64,000 bases of DNA, taken from contig NC_073399.1 of the NCBI RefSeq assembly GCF_028641065.1, positions 27,218,001 through 27,282,000 on the forward strand. The letters are read 5' to 3'. Within the stretch, counting starts at the first letter, position 1. Each line of letters opens with the position of its first letter. Below are positions 1 to 11,500 of the stretch, piece by piece. The translations under genes were made by a program, and so were the position numbers. Source of the DNA: Leucoraja erinacea. Lineage: Eukaryota. The notes under the pieces were generated by a model. The model saw only the letters and a list, made by a program, of their open reading frames with translations. It did no database searches and had not been told where the DNA came from.

Positions 1-1585
1 GTGCTAGTGTATGGGGTTGGCGGTTGGCGTGGACATGGTGGGCCGAGGTGCCTGTTTCCGCACTATATCTCTAAAGTCTAAAGACCAGCATTAGGCACAT
101 TGTGAATTAGCTGCTTGATTTCTAAAGGCTGCTTTGTTTAATTTTAAGAACGGGAAGGAAGAACACAAGGACATCTAACCATTCGAGACTCCTTCACCCA
201 TCAACAAGAATCTGGCCGATTTAATGTCTCAAACCATTTCCTGACCAATCACCTTTTCATAGATTTCCTTTGCTATCAGGAATGTATTGCTCAATATTTT
301 AAAATTCAATCTGCGATCAAGCCTCCACCATGAAGCAGGGTTCTCCAAAGGCTCCCCATCCTCTGAGTATAAAGACCTGTGAACAGGACCGTGGATAGGA
401 AAGGTTTTGAGGCCGAATGCGGGTAAATGCAAGGGCATAAATGGGGCATCTTGGTCAGCATTCCATACTGTATGACTCTCTGAAGAAATTTATATTTTCA
501 ATCCTGAATGGTCAGCTCTTTAGAGTCATAGAGCTGTACAGCTTGGAAACATACCATTCGCCCACCTTGCCCATGCTGACCAAGTTCACATTCTGGGCTA
601 GTCCCATTTGCCTGCATTTTCCCGATAACCTTCTAAAACCTTTCTATCCATATCTCTGTCTTAATGTCTTTTAAAAGTCAGAGCTGCTATGCCTGCAGGT
701 GATCCATATCCTTCCATTCCCTGCATATCTGCCAACATTGTATTTGCCTCCACCACCACCTCTCTGGCAGTGTGTTCCAGACACCCGCCACTCCCTGTGT
801 AAAAAACAACTTGCCCCACACATCATCTATAAACATTGCTCCCCTCACCGTAAAGCTATGCTGTCTACTTTATCTATGCCTATCATAATTTTATATACTT
901 GTATTGGGTGTTGTAGAGAAAACAATCAAAGCCTGTCCAAACTCTCCTTATATTTTCTAAACCAGGCATCATCCTGGTAAACCTCTTCTGCACCCTCTCT
1001 AAAGCCTCCACATTCTTCCCATAATGGGGTAACCAGAACTGCATGCAATACTCTAAATAAGTTTGAGATGGTTATCTGCTGTAATGTGACAGAGGAACTT
1101 TACATTTATCCGTGGATTTCTGCAGAATAACTACTTTTAGTTTTTTAAAACAAAAATCAAGCTCCCGTTCCTTCCATACAGAAAGCGGGACGTAAACCAT
1201 ACCAGCAACGTTTGAGTCCCGAACATCTGCAGGGAAATGTGAGGCATGCCATTAATAATCAATAAGAGCAGAATAGATTGAGAAGCCCAAGACACAGACA
1301 ATGGGCCAGGGACATCCTAAAAGTACAATATTCAGCTGCCAGAGAATGTTTCTGCAGCCTCTTTCATTTTCAATAATGATTTCATTTGAAGTAATTTTAT
1401 TTCCTGTGTAAAAGGAAATAAGTTACTGTGGTGGGGACAAAGGAATAATGTGGACTTTGCTGTCATTGAAAGCAGATGAATGTAAAATGTTTAACATTCC
1501 ATACATTGTTTCAATTGCATTTTTTGTTAAGAGGAGGGCAAGGAAACCCTGCCTTCATTGAGGGGACGGTGGAGGAGAGAGTATT

Positions 1586-2228
1586 GGGCCTGTCCCACTT
1601 AGGCGATTTTTCAGGCACGCGCACACACACACACCTTTCTTCACCAGCCCGTTATGCAGGCGGGGGACAGGGCAAGCGGGGAGCGCTGTCTGAGTGAAAT
1701 TCACACGGTGCAAAGCCAAGGTGATACAGACACACACCGTGATGAACAGGGAGGTTGGAGCTGAAATTAAGACGGCTAAAGCATAGTGTACGGTAAGTCC
1801 TTTAAAAGAGGGGGGGGGGGAGAAGGAGTGGAGACAACTTTTAAGAAGCCAGAGATACACGGCTGTGAAGCTCGGTGGACATTTAACATTACCGGTCGAT
1901 TATCCTTGGTTCTGTAAACTACTGCATAAGTTTTTTTCCCTCATTGAGCCAATGAAATTGACCGGTCAGCACCGGCTACAACCTACATGAACCTTCAACC
2001 TCCTGGCGACCTACCTACGGCACGTGAATTCTCGTTACTCTCCATGGCGGCTTCATTCTAGTCGCCGATAATTTTTCAACATGTTGAAAAATTCACGGCG
2101 ACCATAATGAGGCCGCGACTTGTTCCCAGAATGTGGGAACTCCTCACGACCACGAAGGCGACTCCCCGGCAACCACCCGCGGACATGTGGCGACTGCACA
2201 GTCTCCTGCAGTCGCCTAAAAAGTCCCA
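1586..2228. mobile_element. PIF/Harbinger-type MITE with degraded right end
   Basis: Left end GGGCCTGTCCCACTTAGGCGATTTTT resembles the other MITE TIRs. Right end has only GTCGCCTAAAAAGTCCC. CpG-rich body related to 47455-48053. Confidence 0.7.
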
Positions 2229-2259
2229 GCATACTGATGCAATCATAAACACAGCTCAC

Positions 2260-3025
2260 TAACGCCTACATCTTGAGAAGACTGAGGAGATTCAACACGT
2301 CAACGAATACTCTCTTGATCTTCTACAGGTATACGGTAGAGAGCATGTTGACTGGTTGCATCACGGCATAGTTCGGCAAATGCCCAGGAACGTAGAAGAT
2401 TGCAAAAAGTGGTGAACACTGCCCAGTCCATCATGGGTACCAACCTCCCCACCATCGAAGGGATCTATAGGAATTGCTGCTTCAAAAAGGCAGCCAGCAT
2501 CATTAGAGACCCACACCACCCTGGCCACACTCTTATTTCACTCCTGCAATCAGGAAGAAAGTATAGGAGCCTGAAAAAATGTAATATCCATATTCAGGAG
2601 CAGCCTTGCCGACAACAACCAGGCTATTAAACACAGCAATCTCCAAATAAGCTCAGAACTCCATAGACTTGGGGGCATTGTTTTTGCACTGTTGTTGTTT
2701 GTTCATACTCANNNNNNNNNNNNNNNNNNNNNNNNNNNNNNNNNNNNNNNNNNNNNNNNNNNNNNNNNNNNNNNNNNNNNNNNNNNNNNNNNNNNNNNNN
2801 NNNNNNNNNNNNNNNNNNNNNNNNNNNNNNNNNNNNNNNNNNNNNNNNNNNNNNNNNNNNNNNNNNNNNNNNNNNNNNNNNNNNNNNNNNNNNNNNNNNN
2901 NNNNNNNNNNTTATAATGATGTTTACAGACTACTATGTTTACATATCTGTTGAACTGCTGCAAGTAAGAATTTCATTATTCCATTTTGGGACGTATGACA
3001 ATAAAACCCTCTTGACTCCAAACTC
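2260..3025 (+). mobile_element. Rex1/Babar-like LINE 3' fragment spanning the N gap
   Basis: QKVVNTAQSIMGTNLPTIEGIY...DPHHPGHTLISLL.SGRKYRS C-terminal motif, ending ...gacaataaaaccctcttgactc. Confidence 0.75.
2712..2910. other. Assembly gap (199 N)
   Basis: Run of n, flanked on both sides by LINE 3'-UTR-like sequence. Confidence 1.
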
Positions 3026-3311
3026 TTGAAATAATTCTACAACTGGAATAAGAACCATTTGCTTTCCTAGATGCTTGATGAACTTGCATGTTAACTTGCA
3101 GTGATAGGTATACCCGGACTTACAGGCGCCGCTCAGCATTAACACTTCAATCACTCCGCATGTAAAACATTCCTCACTTTTTTTTCAACCAAATTGAACG
3201 TTCTGACATTTTCCACACGACGCGCGGTTTCCTTTGCACAGATATACCTCACACAGACGGCTGTTTCACATGGGTTGCCTTTGTTCACCTTTACATGTTG
3301 CTTCCCCATAG

Positions 3312-3422
3312 ATGGTGGTGCTGATGGACCCGATGGGGGATCCTGATGACATACTGCGAGCCAACCGGTCTCGGGAGAAATCGTACCTGTTTGACGTAGC
3401 CTTCAATTACTCTGCAACGCAG
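3312..3422 (+). CDS. KIF19: KIF19 coding exon (first in window, ~exon 3), kinesin motor domain: MVVLMDPMGDPDDILRANRSREKSYLFDVAFNYSATQ
   Basis: Acceptor ttgcttccccatag, donor CAG|gtgagg, 111 nt, phase 0-0. Peptide closely matches recalled vertebrate KIF19 (MVVLMDPMEDPDDILRAHRSREKSYLFDVAF). Confidence 0.96.
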
Positions 3423-5058
3423 GTGAGGCATTTACTTTTGCACAACACCATGGGCAAGGCTCACTTACAAGGCGCGGTCCAGTTTTACCCCCCACCACCC
3501 CCGCCCCCCACCCCGTAGCAGTTGTGATGTTGATATCAGCCCCGCACAAGGGCACCTGAAGGAACAATTTCTCAAGAGTTACCAATTAGTGACATTCAGA
3601 GTGAGCAATACCTGTGTAAGATTTAAATCGTAACCATCTAAACCTGATATCTTGTGAATGTTGAATGTAGAGGCAGGAAATATGATTCTTGATGCATCTG
3701 AATGACAACTTACCAAGAAAAAAGTTTGATTCCATTTCATTCCGTTCCATCACCATCAAATCAAAAATATGAATGGGTTACATTTACTCAGTGTTTGTAT
3801 CTTGGAGCAGAGTGCAAGATTTATGCATCTAAACTTCAACACCATGTGGGGCAGAGCACAACATAAGTTGTAGAAATATTGTTGACAGCACCAGGCAGCA
3901 CACTGTTGGGCTCAGACCAGGTCATTCTTGGTTGGATAGCTGTTCACGATGATGTTTGTTGTAAACAAATAGCTGTGACAATCCAGCAGAATAGTGAAGC
4001 TGTACGCCACACATTTCAGCTGGCCTCCAATCTCTGATTCATGGTTTTAGTTTAGTTTAGAGATACAGAGCAGAAACAGGCCCTTCGGCCAACCGAGTCC
4101 GCACTGACCAGCGATCCCCGCACATTAACACCATCCTACACACACGAGGGAGAAAACCCACGCAGTCAATGAGCGTAGTACAAATTTTGTACTGACAGAG
4201 CCCGTAGCCTGGATCGAACCCTGGTCTCTGGCGCTGTAAGCGCTGTAAGGCAGCAACTCTACCGCTGCGACGCTTGGTGCCTCGGGGCTCCCTGGGACGT
4301 AGAGGTCTCTTGCTGGTGTGGTTCAGCAGACTGCCTAAGAAGGACATTTCACTTCCGTTATGAAACTGCCAACTGGAAAAGTGGACCAGGCCACAGGTCA
4401 TTTGGAGATTTTTTTCATCCTTGCCACTCTGATCTACCGCTATATATTTCTTTTAATTACTATCCAAAGATCTGTCTCGACAATTTTCACTTCAGGAAGT
4501 GTAGTTCAGATCACCCGCCTTAAAAAAATGAAAGGATCATCAAAACTTTTGTTTTTAATTATTGAAACCGTCTTCTGTTCTGATACAACCGAGCTATCAC
4601 TGGATTTTATTATAAGCAGTAAATTTGTAGATGCCTCAATTTAAAAAAAGTAATAAACATGCTGAATTTCTTATTTGGAATTTATTAATCTGTTTGAAGG
4701 TGCTGAATATTATTTGATGATCACAAAAGATGAATCTGTTATTAATTTGTACAAAGGGGAGGCGGTGGGGAAAGTGTGGAGATACAGTGATGTAGAGGCC
4801 TGGACTAATAGACCAGCGACCTGGGCTAAAACCCTGTCCTGACAGTCCGTGATTGGGGTTTGAAATGATGGCCACTTCTACCACCGAGTTTGCTGTGACC
4901 ACTATGGAGGGGGAAATCTGCCATCTCTTAGCAAATGTTTCCTACTTACGACTCCAATGTGACTGACTTTTAAATGAGTCGATAAATATTCTACAGTTAA
5001 AGATATTTATGCACTTCTCATGATACCAGGTAGTCCCATTGTGCTTTACAGCCAATGA

Positions 5059-5380
5059 GGGCAACACAGTGGTGCAGCGGTAGCGTTGCTGCGTGGCAAT
5101 GCCAGAGACCAGGGTTCGATCCTGGCTATGGGTGCAGAGTTTGTTCGTCCTCCTTGTTACCGTGTGGGTTTCCTCGGTGTGCTCCGGTTTCCTCCCACTT
5201 TCCAAAGACATGCAGATTTGTAGGTTGATTGGCTTTGGTAAAAATTGTAAATTGTCCCTAGTTTTTCGAATAGTGCAAGTGAACTGGGATTGCTGGTAGG
5301 TGCAGAATTGATGCAGAATTGGTGGGCCGAAGGGCCGAAGGGCCTGTTTCTACAATGTATCTCTAAACTAAACTAAATTA
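5059..5380 (+). mobile_element. tRNA-derived SINE (HE1/V-SINE-like) with LINE-derived tail
   Basis: Pol III box A gtggtgcagcggt, box B gggttcgatcc, central gggtttcctcggtgtgctccggtttcctccca, tail gaagggcctgtttc...(CTAAA)n. Confidence 0.85.
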
Positions 5381-5544
5381 AATGGATCTGGTCGGGAGGT
5401 AGCCTGATCACACGGACGAGTTGGGCTGAAGGGCCTGTTTCTGTGTTGTGTAACACAGTAACTGATGTATTTTGATATTATATTTAATGTATTTGTTAAT
5501 GTTATAACAGTGGAAGTCAACAGCTAGTTTGGACCCACAACACC

Positions 5545-5745
5545 CCTCAAATACCAAGACCCATCAACCCACCCTTACCTGTGTTCACATATTACCTGCC
5601 ACACTTTGTCCTGCCCTTTATCCCTTCTGACTTTCTTTCCCTCCCCCAACAATCAGTCTGAAGAAGGGTCCCGACCCGAAACATCACTTATCCATGTTCT
5701 CCCGAGATGCTTCCTGGCCCCTTGAGTTATGCCAGCATTTTTATC
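5545..5745 (+). repeat. Representative of an abundant short dispersed repeat (Penelope terminal-repeat-like) carrying a hammerhead-like core
   Basis: cagtCTGAAGAagggtcccgacccGAAACatc followed by ...gagatgctgcctgacccgctgagttactccagca. Many copies on both strands, often as inverted pairs (e.g. 8128-8330, 19220-19430, 30160-30485, 53388-53585, 56780-56960). Confidence 0.75.
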
Positions 5746-5965
5746 TCTTCTTCCACAAACACCTATGCTGCTTATGATATAGATTAATCAATGGCCTTTG
5801 TGGATTTGTCATACAGTGGGTAAATAGGCCCATCGGCCAACTCATGCCTGCTGACCAAGGTGCCTCATCATTTTGGTAATTATTAATAATAAATTATTTA
5901 TAATTATTTATTAATAATAAAAATCCATTGCTATTATTTGTTAATCTACTTTGTATCTTTTCAAG

Positions 5966-6053
5966 GATGATGTGTATCGGTCAACCACCAAGGATCTGAT
6001 TGAAGGAGTTATTTCAGGGTACAATGCCACTGTATTTGCTTATGGCCCCACAG
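5966..6053 (+). CDS. KIF19: KIF19 exon ~4: DDVYRSTTKDLIEGVISGYNATVFAYGPT(G), first half of P-loop
   Basis: Acceptor tatcttttcaag, donor CAG|gtaggc, 88 nt, phase 0-1. Kinesin GYNATVFAYG motif. Not in the ORF track (too short). Confidence 0.96.
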
Positions 6054-6787
6054 GTAGGCAGCATGGTATTTATTGCCAAATGGAGCACTTTAAAAATCAT
6101 TTGTGTTTATGGTTAAAAAACATATAATATTAAAGCTGAAGAAGGGTCTTGGCCCAAACCGTCGCCTATCCATGTTCTCCAGGGATGCTGGCTGACCCGC
6201 TGAGTTAATCCAGCACTTTGTGCCCTTTTGTGTATTAACCAGCATCTGCAGTTTTTTTTTTGTTTCTTCATAATATTGAAGCTAACTTGCTGATTCGAAG
6301 TAGAATTTTATCATTCTGTGTGGCATGAAGTTGAGTCAGCAGATATGTTGGGTTGACCTGTCTTTAGCTCTGTAACATTACCCTGTGTGCACTTGTCCAG
6401 TGACATTGGTATCAGGGCAAACTACTGATCTTCTGTAGCAAGGCTTTCAATTATTTGACTGGTGAGAGGGGAAGGTTATTAATGAGATTTCACGATACCA
6501 CCACAAATTAAACTGTAAATTTGAAAGCTCTTTATCTCACATAAATTTTCATTGCACATGCACTACGTACTTGGAGGTGACACCAGACTGAATGATTGTT
6601 TCGTTCCCCAGTTTCTCGTCCGTTTGGATGTGAAGTGCAGGAACTGGCGGCATGTTGAGCCTGACTGAACCAAGCTCCGTGCACGGTGCCCTTCTATCGG
6701 CCGTGCCTGTGGGTCCAACTAGCTTGGGTTCATGTTGGCAAAAGTAATAATAACTGATGCAATCCCACCTTGTAGTTCATATGTAGG

Positions 6788-8020
6788 TCATAGTTTAAGG
6801 ATAAGGGGGAAATCTTTTAGATGAGGAAAACTTTTTTCACACAGAGAGTGGTTAATCTCTGGAATTCTCTGCCGCAGAAGGTAGTTGAGGCCAGTTCATT
6901 GGCTATATTTAAGAGGGAGTTAGATGTGGCCCTTGTGGCTAAAGGGATCGGGGGGTATGGAGAGAAGGCAGGAACAGGATACTGAGCTGGATGATCAGCC
7001 ATGATCATATTGAATGGCAGTGCAGGCTCGAAGGGCCGAATGGCCTACTCCTGCACCTATTTTCTATGTTTCTATATATAAGTTATAGGAATAGAATTAG
7101 GCCATTCCACCCATCGAATCTACTCCACCATTCAATCATGGCTGATTTCTGCCTCCTAATCCCATTTTACTGCCTTCTCCCCATAACCCTTGATACCCTT
7201 TCTAATTAAGAATTTATCTATCTCTGCCTTAAAAATATCCACTGACTTGGCCTCCACAGCCTTCTGTGACAATGAGTTCCACAGATTAACTACCCTCTGA
7301 CTAAAGAAGTTCCTCTTCACCTCTTTTCTAAGCGAGCGCCCTTTAATTCTGAGGTTATGACCTCTGTGGTCCTAGACTCTCCCACCAGTGGAAACATCCT
7401 TTCCACATCCACTCTATCTATGCCTTATATTATTCTGTAAGTTTCAATGAGGTCCCTCCTCAACCTTATAAACTCCAGTGAGTAGAGGCCCAGTGCTGTT
7501 ATATGCTCATCATATGCTAACCCACTCATTCCTGAAATCATTCATGTAAACCTCCTCTGGACCATCTCCAGAGCCAGCACATCCTTCCTTAGATATGGGG
7601 CCCAAATTTACTCATAGTACTCCAGATTCGGCCAAACCAGCGCCTTATAGAGCCTTAGCATTACATCTATGTTTTTGTATTCCAGTCCTCTTGATATAAT
7701 TGAATTTCCATTTCTTACTACCGATTTGCCTTGCAAATTCACTTTTTGGGACTCATGCAACCCCATTGCAGTCCCATTGCAGCTCTGATTTCTGGATTCT
7801 ATCTCCATTTATTATTATTACCAAAATGCAAGACTCTGCACTTTGCTATACTAAATTTCATCTGCCACTTCTCTGCCCACTCTCCTAACCTGTCCAAGTC
7901 CTTCTGCAGAGTCCTTGCTTCCTCTACACTGCCTGTCCCTTCAGCTACCTGAGCATCATCTGCAAACCTGTTAACAAAGCCTTCAATCCCCTTATCCAAA
8001 TCATTAATATACAACGTGAA
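6788..8020. mobile_element. Two tail-to-tail CR1 fragments (6788-7075 +, ~7085-8020 -)
   Basis: CR1 3' end on + (FFTQRVVNLWNSLP-coding, gaagggccgaatggcctactcc). RT motifs YINDLD...FADD and LYKALV..NLEY on -. Confidence 0.85.
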
Positions 8021-8366
8021 GGGGCTCCAGACCCTTGCGGAACTTGTAGGTTAATTGGAGTCTATGCTTCACACAGGTAAATCCGCACAGTAGCCCTTCC
8101 AAAGCCAATACATCCTTGCACACTAAGATAGACACAAAATGATGGAGTAACTCAGCGGGTCAGCAGCATATCTAGAGAAAAGGAATAGGTGATGTTTCGT
8201 GTCGGAACCCTTCCTCGTTCCAATCCGAAACGTCACTTATTCCTTTTCTCCAGAGATGCTGCCTGACCCGCTGAGGTACTCCAGCACTTTGTATCTTTTT
8301 TTTTTGTAAACCAGCACTTGCAGTTCCTTGTGTCAGCATGTTTTCTTGTCTATCTTTGTTGTCTAG

Positions 8367-8503
8367 GTGCAGGGAAAACATACACAATGTTGGGGACAGA
8401 TAGTGAACCGGGCATTTATGTACGGACCCTCAACGACTTGTTCAAGTGCATTGAAGAGACGAGTGATGATATGGAATACACAGTCTCCATGTCGTACCTG
8501 GAG
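8367..8503 (+). CDS. KIF19: KIF19 exon ~5: (G)AGKTYTMLGTDSEPGIYVRTLNDLFKCIEETSDDMEYTVSMSYLE
   Basis: Acceptor tttgttgtctag, donor GAG|gtaagt, 137 nt, phase 1-0. Completes the P-loop GPTGAGKT. Confidence 0.97.
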
Positions 8504-11500
8504 GTAAGTCCGATCGTGGAAGCGCCCAAGTCAGCCGTCCTGCTGTGGTCAACAGAGTGCAAAGCCTCACAGTGTGGGAACTCTGCCTCCACAGAAGCAC
8601 GCTGGCCTGTTGTCTAACGCGAGGAGATGCAGTTTGTCAGAGATCCCTATAGTTGTGCACCCTGTGTACCAGTTTAACCTGCTGGGGGGGGGGGCACAAT
8701 AACTGGGCACATCCTCAGCTCACTGCCTCCTCAGGGTCAACTCCAACCCAAATATGTCACTTAAATCAGGATTAGTAGATTACTAACCCAATCCAGCATT
8801 AGATTCATGCTGCATAGTGTAAAATGGGCAGAAATGGTTATTCTTTTGCCTTTAGTTTTTATTTTATCTACAAATATGCAGTGCTTTCCTTGTAGACTAA
8901 AAGGTGCCAATATGCATATCAATTTAAAATTAAGCTACCATTCCTTCCTTCCCCCCCCCATTCCTTCTCTCCAGAGATGCTGCTTGTCCCGCTGAGTTAC
9001 TCCAGCATTTTTGTGTCTATCTAAAATTAAGCTACATTTATCATCACTTTTTTTCCATCAATAGTCCCAACGTTGTGAACACTTTAACTAATATAAGATC
9101 TGAACTCCAAGTCTAAACAAATACATGTTCTAATTCTTTCACATATTATTCCTTAGCTAAACATGATAAAAATCACCCCTCATTCTCCTGCCCTTCAAGG
9201 TATAAAGTCCTAGCCTGCCCAACCTCTCCCTGTGGCTCACGCCCTTGACTCCTGGCAACATCCTCACAAATCCTCTCTGCATTTTTTCCAGCTGAACAAC
9301 ATTTTTATATCACGGCTGATCTCACGTTAGAGGTGTCGGTACGCCATTCTGGCGCGTACCATCACAAAAATATGCTGGTGATATGGAAACACAAAACAGG
9401 CATCGTGTTCTAGCTACAAGGGAGGTGATTTACAGTAATCATCTACAGACATCATTCTCCTTGGCTTAAGGTTACATATTTGACATAGTAATTTTCAAAT
9501 CATGTGGAATGTAGGAAGATCTCTTCCCAGAATATCCCTCTCTCTCTCCTGTGCTGTCTGATGATATGTGTAGCAGCAATGATAATTAACGCTGTAATTA
9601 TGTCATGGGTGGCAGAGGGAATGGTTGGGAGACTTCATCTACATACACTGGATGCTCCTCATCACGACAGGCATGTATCAGAACATACAGGTAGAGGCCA
9701 CTTTGCCCATCACACCTAATAAGAGTCATACAGTACAGTAACTGGCCATTCAGCCCAACTCATCTATGTTGACTAAGGTGCCACATCTAAGCTAATCCCA
9801 TTTGCCCGCGTTTTGCCCTTATCCCGTTAAACCTTTCCTACCCATGTACCTGTCCAAATATCTTTTCAATGTTGTTATTGTACTTGTCTCAACTACCTCC
9901 TCTGTCAGCTGGTTCCATATACCCACCACCATCTGTGTGAAAAAGTTGGCCTTATGGTTCTTATTAAATCTTTCCCCTTAAACTATGTCCTCTGGTTCTT
10001 AATTTCCCTGCTCTGTGCATTCACCTTATATCTTCCCCTTATTATGATACACTTCCATAAGATCACCACTGAGCCTCCTGCACTCTATTGAGTAAAGTCA
10101 TAGCCAGCCCAAACACTCTTAATAGCTCAGGCCCTCAAGTCCTGGCACCATCCCCGTAAGTCCTCTCTGCATCCTTTCCATCTTAACAGCATTTTTAAAT
10201 GATGGGTGATCGGATTGTGATCTCAATTCTGCATTCCTCTCTACTTGTGATAACCTTCGCTCCTTCAATATCTGTCGTTTCCTGCCTTGAAAACACTCAT
10301 AGACTCTGCTTCCTATGAGGAAGAGAGTTCCAAAGACTCGGAGCTTCTTAGAGAGTGACAGACATTGTCGTGACTCTGTCTTGATTGGGAGACCACATCT
10401 CTTTAAACAGTCATACCCAGTTCTAGGTAGTCCCACAAGAAGACATGTCCACTGGTTAGATGTATTTCATGACCACGTATATCTACATACTTGTGAGCTC
10501 AGTGAACACTGGTCTGGCTGTCCAACTTCGAGGTACAGTGAAAAGCTTTGTTGTGTGGTTTCCAGCCAGCGGAAAGACTATACATGCCATACGTGACTTG
10601 CCCACATCTGCCAAGATGATTTGAAGATGGCTACGTTGGAGGTCAAGGCCAGAGTCCAACACGCCCACACACATGGGCCCGGATAGTGTGGATGTGGAGA
10701 GCATGTTTCCACTAGAGAGTCTAAGACCAGAGGGCACATCCTCAGAATAAAAGAACATACCTTTAGAATGAAAATTAGGAGGAATTTCTTTAGTCAGAGG
10801 GCGGTGAATCTGTGGAATTCATTTCCACAGATGGCAGTCGAGGGCAAGCCATTGGGTATTTTTAAGGCAGAGATTGACTGATTCTTGATTTGTAAGAGTG
10901 TCAGGGGTTATGGGGAAGAATGGCGTTGAGAGGGAAAGATAGATCAGCCATGATTGAATGGCAGAGTAGACTCGATGGGCCGAATGGCCTAATTCTGCTC
11001 TATGAATGTATGAAGTTTGCTGACTTGCAGGTCAAGCAGCAAAGCAGTTCCAATCCTGGTGATGATAAGAAGCCAGATGAAACTCACGGGATCATAAGCT
11101 TTGGGCCAGATCAGGTACGAGTCAGTCAGAGCCTTATCACAGGTGACTTCCCTCGAAAGGTGAAAGTTGCTGATTGGAGAACAATTGTGAAACAAGTTTT
11201 AAAACCCTCCCAGTTCTCCTTTAAAATTGTTTTATTCTTCAATTTGCCTATTGATGTATGAACACCGGTCACATATTTATTCAGCGGCCAAAGATATACA
11301 CAAAATGCTGGAATAACTGCATTCTATTACATCCATTCAATGGCCATTTGCCACCAATTGTTGATGCCAAAAAATAAATAGTGTATCATTTATCTTAGTG
11401 TGAATTTGCATTGAAGTGAAATTTAATCCAGTGGGATTGTCAGCACATTGTGAAAGTACTTGCATCTGATTTAAAACTAGACTGAAAGGTAACAAAGGAA

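Noticed and set aside
3312-3314. ATG at 3312 as the KIF19 start codon
   Set aside because: It directly follows a canonical acceptor AG, and the N-terminal motor strand (VALR.RP) is missing, so earlier exons must lie upstream of the window.
5059-5135. tRNA-like sequence with box A/box B (also in other copies)
   Set aside because: It is the head of a SINE, continuing into SINE body and LINE-derived tail, with no complete cloverleaf.
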